Assembly (NCBI GenBank): GCA_965263035.1
Contig: OZ253580.1
Span: 2,400,001-2,464,000 of the forward strand
Direction: 5' to 3'
Origin: Acidobacteriota bacterium
GTDB lineage: Bacteria > Acidobacteriota > UBA6911 > RPQK01 > JAJDTT01
DNA: 64,000 nucleotides
Shown: positions 9,161-18,801 of the stretch, piece after piece
Position numbering within the stretch: the first letter of the stretch is position 1
How the letters are laid out: each line of letters opens with the position of its first letter
Notes under the pieces: model-generated
Database searches by the model: none
The model's input: the letters and a program-made list of their open reading frames with translations, nothing else
Told to the model about the DNA's origin: nothing
Made by a program: the position numbers and the translations under genes

Positions 9161-10363
9161 ATGAGAAGAGGCCTTTTCATCGCATGTTCAGTGTTGATCT
9201 TGACGGTTTCGGTTGCGGTCTCGGCAGAGCGGCACAAAGTCGTGGCTCCGCCGGGGACGGGGATGGGACTGCCCTTCAGTCCGGCAATCGAGGCGGACGG
9301 ATTTCTCTATCTGTCCGGCGCCTTGGGAAATACGCCGGGGACCCGCGAGGTCAAGGGAGCTATCCAGGTTCAGACTCGCCAGACCCTGGAGAATCTGGGA
9401 GCCGTGCTGAAGGCGGCGGGCATGAGCTTCGCCGACGTGGTCAGCGCCAACGTGTTCCTTTCGGACACCCGTCTCTTTCGATCGTTCAACGAAGTCTACC
9501 GGGAGTATTTTCCCGAGAATCCGCCGGCGCGGGCCACCGTGGAAGGGGCCATCGTCTTCCCCAAGGCGGTGGTGGAGATCTCCCTGGTGGCCGCGCGGCC
9601 CGAACGGGGGAAGACCATCGTCACGCCGAGCGGATGGAAGCGGCCGGGTTCCCCATACAGTTGGGGAGTGCTGGCCGGGGACACCCTGTTCGTCTCGGGC
9701 ATCATCAGCAGCGATCCCGTCACCGGGGAGTCCAGGTCCGGCGACACCGCGGCCCAGACCCGCACCGTGCTGGAGAACGTCGGAGCCATCCTGCGGGAGG
9801 CCGGCATGGACTATGGGGACGTGGTCTCCTCCAAGGTCTTTCTGGCGGATTCCCGCGATTTTTCCGAAATGAACCGGGTCTACCGCTCCTTCTTCCCCAA
9901 GGCCCCCCCGGCCCGGGCCACCAGCCAGGCCAGACTCATGCATAAGGATTGGAAGGTGGAGATCCAGTGCGCCGCCGTTCGGGGAGGCTCCCGGCAGGTG
10001 GTGGCCGCGGCGGGCGAACCCCTTCCGGCCAGTCCCTATTCGCCGGGAATCCGAGTCGGGGGCCGGCTCTACCTGGCGGGCATGGTGGGCCGGGGAAAGA
10101 CCGGTTGGGCGGATGGGATCGAGGCCCAGACCCGGCAAACCCTGGAGAATCTCCGTGCAGTCCTGACCCAGGCGGGACTGGAGTTCGGCCACGTGGTGGA
10201 AGCCAACGTGTATCTGTCCGACATCCGCTACTACGGCCAGATGAATCAGGTCTACAAGACGGTCTTCCCCGGAGCGCCGCCAGCCCGGGCCACCTTCGGC
10301 TCGGTACTGATGTCTCCCGACGCCCTGGTGGAGATCATGATGACGGCACACAAGACGCCGTAG
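9161..10363 (+). CDS. Rid/YjgF family protein with signal peptide and three tandem domains
   Basis: Three repeats of SGxxG..QTRxxLENxxAxL..PPARAT. Confidence 0.88.
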   Translation: MRRGLFIACSVLILTVSVAVSAERHKVVAPPGTGMGLPFSPAIEADGFLYLSGALGNTPGTREVKGAIQVQTRQTLENLGAVLKAAGMSFADVVSANVFLSDTRLFRSFNEVYREYFPENPPARATVEGAIVFPKAVVEISLVAARPERGKTIVTPSGWKRPGSPYSWGVLAGDTLFVSGIISSDPVTGESRSGDTAAQTRTVLENVGAILREAGMDYGDVVSSKVFLADSRDFSEMNRVYRSFFPKAPPARATSQARLMHKDWKVEIQCAAVRGGSRQVVAAAGEPLPASPYSPGIRVGGRLYLAGMVGRGKTGWADGIEAQTRQTLENLRAVLTQAGLEFGHVVEANVYLSDIRYYGQMNQVYKTVFPGAPPARATFGSVLMSPDALVEIMMTAHKTP

Positions 10364-10420
10364 GGGACTTCGCTGGAGGGCGTCCAAGCGAAGCGAAACT
10401 CACGTCTCGCGAGGTGACAG

Positions 10421-11038
10421 GTGCAAGCGACCATCCTCTCCTTCTCCGGCAAGCAGGATCTTCTGGAAGGCTTGGTGGACGCCGGCGCCATCCTGTTGGG
10501 AGCCGAAGTGGAGCGCCGCTATGGCTTGCGGACTCCCGTCTTCATCGATCTCCGAACCGCCCTCTACACCGATCTGGCCCTCTTCTCCCTCCTGGGATCC
10601 AGTTTCGCCCGGATCCTGGAGCGATGGTCGACCCCCGGGACGCCCCAACAGGTGATCGGAGTCCCTGACACCGGCATCCCTTTAGCCACGGCGGCCTCCC
10701 TGGCCAGTTTCCGGAAAGGCCGGGAGCCCTTCATTACCCTCTCGGTGTTGCGAAAGCAGGCCCGGATCTACCCTGGCGAGATCGTCTCCGAGTTCGTCGG
10801 CAGGTCCGACCCGAGCCGGGAGGCCAACCTGATCGACGACGTCGTCGCCTCGGGAGGCAGCCTCCGGAGAGCAGTGACACGACTGAAGGAATCCGAGATC
10901 GCAGTCGGGCGCATCGTGGTCTGCGTCGACCGGGAGCAGGGGGGCGTCGACGCTCTGGCCGACCTGGGGATTCCAATCTACGCCCTGTTCAATCTCGCGG
11001 AGATCGGAGCCTTTTGTAAGGAGCGGAAGCTGATCTGA
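10421..11038 (+). CDS. pyrE: orotate phosphoribosyltransferase-like protein
   Basis: FIDLR; PRPP motif LIDDVVASGGS; VDREQGG. Confidence 0.7.
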   Translation: MQATILSFSGKQDLLEGLVDAGAILLGAEVERRYGLRTPVFIDLRTALYTDLALFSLLGSSFARILERWSTPGTPQQVIGVPDTGIPLATAASLASFRKGREPFITLSVLRKQARIYPGEIVSEFVGRSDPSREANLIDDVVASGGSLRRAVTRLKESEIAVGRIVVCVDREQGGVDALADLGIPIYALFNLAEIGAFCKERKLI

Positions 11039-11140
11039 CGAACAGAATCGAATGCTTGTCCTTCAACCGCTCAGTCCATGATTCAGCCCTATTTGCCGGC
11101 GCGTGGCAAGAACCCCCAGGACCTGCCGGCTACAACGAAC

Positions 11141-11782
11141 TCATTCCGTTTTCCGTTGAAGGCGCTTCCAGTCGGCGGGTGTGTTCACGTTGAGGAAACC
11201 CTCATCCGGCAGATTCCATTCGACGGCAGACAGGACGTGAATCCGCAAATCTTTCGATTCCAACACGGAGTCGACCCGACGGGCGCCGGCTTCCAGGAAG
11301 CTTCGGATCGGGTCCACGGCAATGCGGGAATAGTAGGCGCACAGGGGATGGAGCCCGCCCTTGGAGTCCCGGGGAACCACCACGTCGAAATCGCAGCCGA
11401 CCTTGGCCAGAACCCGGTAGAGCCGGGGGGAGACCAAGGGCGTGTCGCAGGGAATGAAATAGTTGTCCCGGGAACGGGATGCGGTCAATGCGGTGAATAC
11501 CGCCGCCAGGGGACCCGCCCCGGAAACCCGGTCCACCAGCACGGGCAGGCCCAAGCTCCGGAACCGCTCTCGGGAGTCGGCCACGATCCTGACGGGCAGG
11601 CCCACCGACTCCAGACAGCGCCGCGAGACCTCGATCAGGGAGGATCCCCGGTAGCGCAGGAAGGCCTTGTCCCGCCCCAGCCGCCCGCTCTTCCCGCCGG
11701 CCAGGATGAATCCCTCACCGTCCAGGGGGAACTCAGGCAATTCCAGATCGGTCGATCGGCTTATCCTGGAGTCACCGGCCAT
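11141..11782 (-). CDS. mobA: molybdenum cofactor guanylyltransferase
   Basis: ILAGGKSGRLGRDKA, GPLAA, PCDTP, HPLCAYY, FLNVNTP. Confidence 0.88.
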   Translation of the reverse strand: MAGDSRISRSTDLELPEFPLDGEGFILAGGKSGRLGRDKAFLRYRGSSLIEVSRRCLESVGLPVRIVADSRERFRSLGLPVLVDRVSGAGPLAAVFTALTASRSRDNYFIPCDTPLVSPRLYRVLAKVGCDFDVVVPRDSKGGLHPLCAYYSRIAVDPIRSFLEAGARRVDSVLESKDLRIHVLSAVEWNLPDEGFLNVNTPADWKRLQRKTE

Positions 11783-11863
11783 GGGAGAATCACCAAATTG
11801 AATTGCCGGCCACGGCGCAACGCAGAACTATCACCACCGGCTGTTAGGATATTGCACCAATTC

Positions 11864-13120
11864 ATGCGCCGATACTCCCACTGTAGTGCCATCTTCATGT
11901 TCCTCGCCTTGACCGGCGCGGCCCTGACCACCGTTTACGGCGAACTCCTGTTGAGGCCGGTCGATCCCCGGGAAGTAGGAGTCTCCCCGCAGAGACTCGA
12001 GAAGCTGGACACGATCACACTGGAGCACATTGAAAAGAAGCAGTTTCCGGGCGCGGTCATTCTCGTTGCCCGAAAAGGGGGCATCGTCTACCGGAAGGCC
12101 TTCGGCGATCGAACCGTCTCCCCGAGCCGCTCGCCCATGGAAGTGGAGACCATCTTCGACATCGCCTCCCTGACCAAGATCGTTCCCACGGCCGCCTCCA
12201 TCATGATCCTGGTGGAGGAAGGCCGCCTCTCCCTTTCCGAACCGGTCTCCAAGCACCTCAACCGATTTTCCCAATATGGCAAGCATCGGGTCACCGCGCG
12301 CCAGCTCCTGACCCATTACTCGGGACTGCGTCCCAGTCTGGATCTGAAGACTAAATGGTCCGGGTATGAGACGGCCGTGGCCCGAGCCTGCCGGGAGCGA
12401 TTGGCGACCCGGCCGGGAGCGCGTTTCAGATACAGCGACATCAACTACGTGGTTCTCGGCGAGCTGGTGAGGGTCATCTCGGGAGACCATCTGGACGCGT
12501 TCTCGCGGAAACGGGTCTTCGAGCCGCTGGGAATGAAGGACACCTCCTTCATTCCAGGGAAACGGATGAATTCCAGGATCGCTCCCACGGAACGGCATGA
12601 GGGAAAGCTCCTTCACGGCAGGGTCCACGACCCGACCGCTGCCCGCATGGGAGGGTGCGCCGGACATGCCGGGGTCTTCTCCACCGCCGACGATCTGGCC
12701 CGTTACGGGCAGATGATCCTTAACGGCGGCGTCTACGACGGCAGGCGAATCCTTTCTCCGCTCGCGGTCCTGCAAATGACCTCGCCCCAGTCTCCAACCG
12801 GAAAGGCGGTGCTGCGCGGCCTGGGATTCGACATCCACAGCCGATTCCATGCTCCCCGCGGCGACCTCTTCCCCGTGGGATCCTTCGGCCACAGCGGCTT
12901 CACTGGATGTTCCCTGTGGATCGACCCCTACACGGAGACGTTGGTGGTGATCATGACCAGCCGGCTCCATCCCAACGGGCGCGGCGACGCGGTGCCTTTC
13001 CGCAAGCGGGTAGCTTCAATCGTGGGCGCCTCGATTGTCGACCGGGTCCCGATTCAAGCCATCCGATCAACCCTCTGGAGCGGGCCCGCCACGTCCTCAG
13101 CCGTCAGCCGAACTCGCTGA
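11864..13120 (+). CDS. serine hydrolase, class C beta-lactamase/AmpC-like family
   Basis: Signal peptide; SxxK (ASLTK); YSD; GHSGFTG; ATG at 11864 inside the longer listed ORF. Confidence 0.85.
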   Translation: MRRYSHCSAIFMFLALTGAALTTVYGELLLRPVDPREVGVSPQRLEKLDTITLEHIEKKQFPGAVILVARKGGIVYRKAFGDRTVSPSRSPMEVETIFDIASLTKIVPTAASIMILVEEGRLSLSEPVSKHLNRFSQYGKHRVTARQLLTHYSGLRPSLDLKTKWSGYETAVARACRERLATRPGARFRYSDINYVVLGELVRVISGDHLDAFSRKRVFEPLGMKDTSFIPGKRMNSRIAPTERHEGKLLHGRVHDPTAARMGGCAGHAGVFSTADDLARYGQMILNGGVYDGRRILSPLAVLQMTSPQSPTGKAVLRGLGFDIHSRFHAPRGDLFPVGSFGHSGFTGCSLWIDPYTETLVVIMTSRLHPNGRGDAVPFRKRVASIVGASIVDRVPIQAIRSTLWSGPATSSAVSRTR

Positions 13121-14741
13121 ATCCTCGGGGAATCCGGACGTCGATCAAGGTGGTCCGATCGGATCCGACGGCCTCCTCCAGGGCCGGCAGCAGTTCCGCC
13201 AGAGTGTCCACCCGCGCTCCGGCGATGCCGTAACCTTCTGCAATCTTCACGAAATCGGGGTTGACCAGATCGGTTCCCAGGTACCTGCCGCCGTAACTGT
13301 TCTTCTGCATCCACTTCAAGACACCCCAGGCCTCGTCGTTGAAGAGGACGACGGTCAGGTTCAATCCATATTGGACGGAGGTGGCCAACTCGGCCATGCA
13401 GTACTGGAACCCGCCGTCCCCCGAAAAGCAGACCACGGGGGTTCCCGGATTGGCCGCCTTGGCGCCCAGGGCGGCCGGGAAGGAGAAACCGATGCCGACC
13501 CAGCCGTAGGGGTTCAGGAAGGTGCGGGGCGAATAGACCTGGAAGGCACGGCTGGCGCGGCTGGCGGGGACGGTCGTGTCCCAAGTGGTGATGGTCTCCC
13601 GGGGCAGCACACTCCGGATGGCTTCCATGGCCCGAGTCTCGGCCGGCCACTCGCGCCGGAGCTCGGTGTGGATACTCCGTTTGAGGCTCCGGATCTCCTC
13701 CCGGTAGCCGGTTCCGGTGGAGAGGTCCTGCCCCTGGATCCGCTCCAGGATCTGACCCGCCACGGCGCCGCCGTCGGCCAGAACACCCAGGCTGACGGGA
13801 TAGTTCCGTCCCAGGTAGTCCGGGTCCAAAACCACCTGCACCAGTTGTTCCGGGAATCGGATCCCGAGCTGCACCGTGCTGCGATGGATGAGGCCGGACC
13901 CCAAAGCCAGCACCAGGTCACACTCCGGGATGAAATCGTGCACCGGGTTCCGGGCCCAGATCCGCTGTCCCAGGCAGGTGCCCAGGGAGAGGGGGTGGTC
14001 CTCCGGGAACGCGTCCTTGGCGCCGTCTCCAGTGACGACCGGGGCCCCCAGAGCCTCGGCCAGGAGGATCAGCGTCCCGTGGGCGCCGGAATGGGACAGC
14101 TCCTCACCGGCCCAGATCAGGGGCCGCTCGGCCCGCCGCAGGGCGGTCAGGATCTGCTCCAGTTCCTCCTCGCCGGTTCCCGGCGGTTCGGGGAGAGGCG
14201 GAAGGTCACCGCCCGGGCTGCAGGGAGCTCCCAGAAGATCGGTGGGGAACTGGAGGACTGCGGGGCGCCGGCGCCCTGAGGACAGTGCCGCGAAAGCCTC
14301 GTCCACGGCCGGGGCCAGGGTCTGGGCATCCTCCACGCGGCGAGCGTGGCCGGTCACCGAGCGGAGCATCCGGAACTGCTGCTTGGGTTCATGGATCAGG
14401 CCCAGACCTGTTTCCCGCTCACCTCGCCCGACGGTGGTGGTCAAATGCAACACGGGAGAACTGGAGTGATATGCCTCTCCCACCGAGTGCATGGAGTTGG
14501 CCGCACCGGGCCCCGTGCTGGTGACCAGAATGCCGGGCCGGCCGCTGGAGCGGGCGTACCCGTCGGCCATGAAACCGCACGCCAGCTCCGAGCGGCCCCC
14601 AATGTGGCGCACCCGATCCTGATAGCGGTGGAGGGCGTCGAAGATATTCAGGTTATGGATGGAGATGATGCCGAATAGGAGGTCCACCTTGTGGTGCGCC
14701 AAACGCTCCACAAGTACCTCGCCGCCGGTCCTGTTGGCCAT
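13104..14741 (-). CDS. thiamine-diphosphate-dependent enzyme, acetolactate synthase large-subunit-like
   Basis: MADGYAR, TGPGAAN, GDGGF...N ThDP motif; immediately downstream of ilvC. Confidence 0.82.
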   Translation of the reverse strand: MANRTGGEVLVERLAHHKVDLLFGIISIHNLNIFDALHRYQDRVRHIGGRSELACGFMADGYARSSGRPGILVTSTGPGAANSMHSVGEAYHSSSPVLHLTTTVGRGERETGLGLIHEPKQQFRMLRSVTGHARRVEDAQTLAPAVDEAFAALSSGRRRPAVLQFPTDLLGAPCSPGGDLPPLPEPPGTGEEELEQILTALRRAERPLIWAGEELSHSGAHGTLILLAEALGAPVVTGDGAKDAFPEDHPLSLGTCLGQRIWARNPVHDFIPECDLVLALGSGLIHRSTVQLGIRFPEQLVQVVLDPDYLGRNYPVSLGVLADGGAVAGQILERIQGQDLSTGTGYREEIRSLKRSIHTELRREWPAETRAMEAIRSVLPRETITTWDTTVPASRASRAFQVYSPRTFLNPYGWVGIGFSFPAALGAKAANPGTPVVCFSGDGGFQYCMAELATSVQYGLNLTVVLFNDEAWGVLKWMQKNSYGGRYLGTDLVNPDFVKIAEGYGIAGARVDTLAELLPALEEAVGSDRTTLIDVRIPRGFSEFG

Positions 14742-14852
14742 CTCAGGTGTCCGAACTCACGGGTCGGTGAAAGAAGCCGCCACCGCCGCCGACCGGCCGC
14801 GAATCGCGGCGGAGGGTGTTTTCCCCGGGGTTCGGGCAACGGGATGCGAAGC

Positions 14853-14876
14853 GGGCGACCACAGGGGTCGCCCCTA
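14853..14876. repeat. GTAG-type REP-like hairpin (family B); related copies at ~30798-30838 and ~41551-41573
   Basis: GGGCGACC-ACAGG-GGTCGCCC-CTA; overlaps the ilvC stop codon. Confidence 0.7.
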
Positions 14877-15932
14877 TTCCTCGGACTGGCGCTCGGGGCG
14901 AAGCTCCCGGACCACCTTGCCGATCCGCCACATCTCCGACTCCTCGACCTCCTTCAGCTCCCGGGTGAGACCCTCCCGGTAGTCGGCGGCACGATTGGCG
15001 GCCAGAACCCGGCGAGTTTCGTCCCCGCGAGCCACCTTGTCGTAGAGTTCCTCGAAGAGCGGGACGTTGGCGTCCCGAAAGCGCTTGAACCAATCCAGAG
15101 CGCCCCGTTGGGCCGTGGTGGAGCAGTTGGCGTACATCCAGTCCATCCCGTTCTCGGCGATGAGGGGATAGAGGCTCTGGGTGGCCTCCTCCACGGTCTC
15201 GTTGAAGGCCTCCTGGGGACTGTGGCCTCGAGCCCGCAGGACCTCGTACTGAGCCAGCCAGAGTCCGTAGATGGCTCCCATCAGGACCCCCCGCTCACCC
15301 GTCAGGTCGCTGTAGACCTCCTTCTTGAAGTCGGTCTCGAAAAGGAACCCGGACCCGATGGCGATTCCCAGAGCCAGACAGCGCTCCCGGGCGCGGCCCG
15401 TATAGTCCTGCTCCACGGCGTAGCTGGCATTGATCCCCCGGCCCTCGAGGAAGAGCCGCCTCACGGTGGTCCCGGAGCCTTTGGGCGCCACCAGGATGAC
15501 GTCGATGTCGGGCGGCGGAACCACTCCGGTCTGGTCGTTGTAGGTGAGGGCGAAGCCGTGGGAAAAGCAGAGGGCGTCGCCCGGCTTGAAGTGGGGCTTG
15601 ATATTGGCCCACTGCTGTCCCTGGCCGGCGTCGCTCAACAGGTACATGACCAGCGTGGACCGCTCCACCACCTCGGTGATGTCCTCGATCAGGTTGACGC
15701 CCGGCACCCAGCCGTCCTCGACCGCCTTCTCCCAGCCATTGCCGCCGCGGCGCTGCCCGACGATCACCTCGATCCCGTTGTCTCGGCAATTCAGGGACTG
15801 GCCATGGCCTTGAGGACCGTATCCGATAACGCCGACGCGCTCGCGACCCAGGATCTCCCGGACCTTTTCCATGGGGTAGTCGCTGCGTTCGATCACGTCC
15901 TCGACATAGTCGCCGATCTGGATTCTTCTCAT
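14874..15932 (-). CDS. ilvC: ketol-acid reductoisomerase
   Basis: IGYGPQG, SHGF, VAPKGSG, SDLTGERGVLMG, AFNETVEE. Confidence 0.95.
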   Translation of the reverse strand: MRRIQIGDYVEDVIERSDYPMEKVREILGRERVGVIGYGPQGHGQSLNCRDNGIEVIVGQRRGGNGWEKAVEDGWVPGVNLIEDITEVVERSTLVMYLLSDAGQGQQWANIKPHFKPGDALCFSHGFALTYNDQTGVVPPPDIDVILVAPKGSGTTVRRLFLEGRGINASYAVEQDYTGRARERCLALGIAIGSGFLFETDFKKEVYSDLTGERGVLMGAIYGLWLAQYEVLRARGHSPQEAFNETVEEATQSLYPLIAENGMDWMYANCSTTAQRGALDWFKRFRDANVPLFEELYDKVARGDETRRVLAANRAADYREGLTRELKEVEESEMWRIGKVVRELRPERQSEE

Positions 15933-16064
15933 GATTCCCTCTTTTCGGAAGATTCGATATCCTTCGCTTGCTCAGCAGGATGACGGAGCGAGTTTATACC
16001 AGATCCTGCGAAGCCGGCTCAACAAACCCGGGACCAGGATCCCGCGGACGGCCAAGGAGAGTTC

Positions 16065-16415
16065 ATGGAGATCAGACAGGTTTGGGACCTGACCCGGTTT
16101 CGTCCCGAGAAAATGCAAAAGGTCAACCTCTTCGAGAGCCCCCGGATGTTCTGCGACATCTACTGCCTCGAGCCGGGCCAGGAGCAGAAGGTTCACGCCC
16201 ACCACGGGAACGACAAGATCTACCATGTGCTGAAGGGGCGCGGCCGCTTCACCGTGGGCGAGGAAACCCGTACCCTGGAGGAAGGTGAGACCACCTGGGC
16301 CCCGTCCGGGGAGCCCCACGGCGTGCTCAACCACTCGGCGGAGCCGCTGGTCTGCCTGGTCTTCATGGCGCCTCACCCCAAACCGGACCGATTCAGCCCG
16401 GCGGGTGAAGATTGA
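16065..16415 (+). CDS. cupin domain protein
   Basis: HAH..PSGEPHG cupin motifs; AAGGAG RBS. Confidence 0.85.
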   Translation: MEIRQVWDLTRFRPEKMQKVNLFESPRMFCDIYCLEPGQEQKVHAHHGNDKIYHVLKGRGRFTVGEETRTLEEGETTWAPSGEPHGVLNHSAEPLVCLVFMAPHPKPDRFSPAGED

Positions 16416-16418
16416 GAA

Positions 16419-17903
16419 ATGCTCTGCCGATCCCTGCCCCTTTCCTCTGACCCCGCGGCGCTGTACGCCCGGCTGGGCCGGACCTGCGGCCCCTGGGTGG
16501 TTCTGGACAGCGGATGGGATCCGGGAGGCGCCAGCGTCGGCCGCCTCTCCCGGTTCTGCATCTGCGCCACCGATCCCTTCGCCGTTCTTACCGCCCGCGG
16601 AGGCCGGGCGGTCCTGACCTGGAAAGACGGGTACTGCGAACGTGGATCGACCCTTTCCCTCCTCCGGGACGTTCTGAGACGCTTCCGGCTCCCGCACGCG
16701 AATTGGCCGACCCCCTTTCCGGCGGGGGCCATGGGATACGTCGGTTATGAGCTCGGGGCGCTCATGGAGCCGGCTTTCGGTGCACTATCGGGATCGGACG
16801 AAGAGACGGACCTGCCCGATCTCTGGCTGGGTTTGTTCGATTCCGCCGTGACCATCGACCTGGAGCGGGAACGGATCCTGCTCACGGCCACCGGCCAGCC
16901 CGATGCCGGCGCCCGAGCCCGCCAACGGGAGGAAACCCGGATTCGTGAGCTGACCGCGGCAGTCGAATCCGCGGGAACCGACCCGATGGAACTCCTCAGT
17001 CCAGGACCGCCGGCACCCGCCGCCGGGAACGGCTTCGATTCGAACTTCACTCCCGCCGCGTTCGCCGGAGCCGTCAACCGGATCAAGGAATTCATCTCCG
17101 CAGGAGACATCTACCAGGCCAACCTCTCCCAACGCTTCCGGACACGATACGAGGGGGATCCCTTCCGGCTCTTCCTGGGACTTCGGCACACGTCCCCCGC
17201 TCCCTTCTCCGCCTTCCTGGACGGTGGAGACTTCACCGTGGTCAGCATGTCCCCGGAACGCTTCCTTCACCTGGACCCGGAGACGCGCCGGGTCGAGACC
17301 CGTCCCATCAAGGGCACTCGTCCACGCGGGAGAACCGAGGCCGAGGACCGTTTCCTGGCCCGAGAGCTCGTCCAGAGCGAGAAGGACCGGGCCGAGCACA
17401 TTATGATCGTGGACTTGGAGCGGAACGATCTGGGAAGGGTGGCCCAAGTGGGCACGGTCCAGGTCCGAGAGCTGTCGCTGCTGGAAACCTTTCCCACGCT
17501 GTTTCACCTGACCTCGACGGTGGAGGGGGTCCTGGCTCCCGGCCACGACCGTGTAGACCTCCTGAAGGCCACCTTCCCCGGAGGCTCCATCACCGGAGCT
17601 CCCAAGATCCGGGCCATGCAGGTGATCGACGAGTTGGAAACCGTTCGGCGGGGGATCTACACCGGGTCCCTTGGGTACCTCAGCTTCAGCGGCGGAATGG
17701 ATCTGAATATCGCCATTCGCACGATCGTTCTCCAAGCGGGCCGGGCGGAGTTTCACGTGGGGGCCGGAATCGTCGCCGACAGCGATCCGGAAGGGGAATA
17801 CCAGGAGACGCTGCTCAAGGGCCGGTCCCTGCGGGAGGCGCTGGGAAATGTCGAGGCGCCGTGGAAGAGCGGCTTTCCAGTCGCCCCCAGCAGCCCGTGG
17901 TAA
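16419..17903 (+). CDS. pabB: aminodeoxychorismate synthase component I (anthranilate synthase component I family)
   Basis: GDIYQANLS, SPERF, PIKGT, EHIMIVDLERNDL, FPGGSITGAPK. Confidence 0.88.
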   Translation: MLCRSLPLSSDPAALYARLGRTCGPWVVLDSGWDPGGASVGRLSRFCICATDPFAVLTARGGRAVLTWKDGYCERGSTLSLLRDVLRRFRLPHANWPTPFPAGAMGYVGYELGALMEPAFGALSGSDEETDLPDLWLGLFDSAVTIDLERERILLTATGQPDAGARARQREETRIRELTAAVESAGTDPMELLSPGPPAPAAGNGFDSNFTPAAFAGAVNRIKEFISAGDIYQANLSQRFRTRYEGDPFRLFLGLRHTSPAPFSAFLDGGDFTVVSMSPERFLHLDPETRRVETRPIKGTRPRGRTEAEDRFLARELVQSEKDRAEHIMIVDLERNDLGRVAQVGTVQVRELSLLETFPTLFHLTSTVEGVLAPGHDRVDLLKATFPGGSITGAPKIRAMQVIDELETVRRGIYTGSLGYLSFSGGMDLNIAIRTIVLQAGRAEFHVGAGIVADSDPEGEYQETLLKGRSLREALGNVEAPWKSGFPVAPSSPW

Positions 17904-17948
17904 AAGTCGTCACTGCATTCGACCGTCCCTGCATCGTGCGCGGACTGC
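17891..17948 (-). mobile_element. truncated MITE end (same family as 23117-23274)
   Basis: Reverse complement of the last ~58 bp of the full copies; supplies the pabB stop TAA. Confidence 0.8.
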
Positions 17949-18129
17949 TAGGAAAGGCGACTTTTAGCCGCCTTCTTTTTTGGTCGCCCGCTTCCGTAGA
18001 TTGCCCCTCGCTCCTAGGAGAAAGTCGGGGGAAGTCCAGCCACGCTTGCTGGCAGATCCGATTTTTTTGTTAGAATGGCGTGCCTTCCGCCCGGGGACTT
18101 CAAACCAGGGCGTGACATTTCGCATATGT

Positions 18130-18207
18130 GGTGGGCGTAGCTCAGTCAGGTAGAGCACAGGGTTGTGGCCCCTGTGGCCGTGGGTTCGAGTCCCATCGCC
18201 CACCCCA
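18130..18207 (+). tRNA. tRNA-His (GTG)
   Basis: Cloverleaf with G-1, acceptor GTGGGCG/CGCCCAC, anticodon arm CAGGG-TTGTGGC-CCCTG, TTCGA T-loop, discriminator C, encoded CCA. Confidence 0.97.
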
Positions 18208-18321
18208 TTCCCTGAGAAATCACAAATTCCTAATCCCAATTCCCAAACCGAAGAGGGGGACTTGGAGGGGTCCAGGCGACTGGAAGTCGCCGCTCCGCCG
18301 CCGCTCCTGGGCTCCGGGAGT

Positions 18322-18594
18322 TCAGGAGTGACTCGGGGGATCGCCCGAATTGTCCTGTTGACGTTTGAGCGACTCGGTCAAAAGATCCCGGATCTGGATC
18401 AGCAAAGCGAGAACTCCGCAGACTGCGATTGCCGTCGCGACTCCGGTCAGCAGACCCACGAAGACTCCCGACGCCCTCGAAACCCCGCCTACCAGGCCCA
18501 GGAAAACGAGCAGGATCGCAAGTGCGCCATTGAGCGAACCGATGGATTCAGCTAAGAAAAGGTTGATTTGCTGGATTAAATTCATGACCGGCAA
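18322..18594 (-). CDS. small two-TM hypothetical membrane protein
   Basis: Two hydrophobic helices and an IQIRDLL tail. Confidence 0.6.
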   Translation of the reverse strand: MPVMNLIQQINLFLAESIGSLNGALAILLVFLGLVGGVSRASGVFVGLLTGVATAIAVCGVLALLIQIRDLLTESLKRQQDNSGDPPSHS

Positions 18595-18801
18595 TATAGC
18601 AAGAAGAGAAGTGAGGAACGAGGCGTGAGAGCTAGGAGTCTGCGCGGTAGAAATGATCGTAGCGAGAAAGTGGGGAATCGAGGCCGGATTTTCTCGATTG
18701 TGAGGTGCATAGTTGTTCTATTCGCCGAGAAATCGGGGAAATATGGACCGATTCTACCGCTGTCGCAGTAGATCAATTTCTGCGGCGCAGGCTCCTCCGG
18801 C

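Noticed and set aside
11078-11863. N-terminal extension of the 680-aa ORF
   Set aside because: It overlaps mobA on the opposite strand; a signal peptide begins at ATG 11864.
11864-13120. Calling this gene or the Eis-like gene an antibiotic resistance determinant
   Set aside because: Family motifs alone do not establish substrate; both families are mostly non-resistance enzymes.
18130-18600. Genomic island integrated at tRNA-His or tRNA-Ala
   Set aside because: No integrase and no duplicated tRNA 3' end found in the window.
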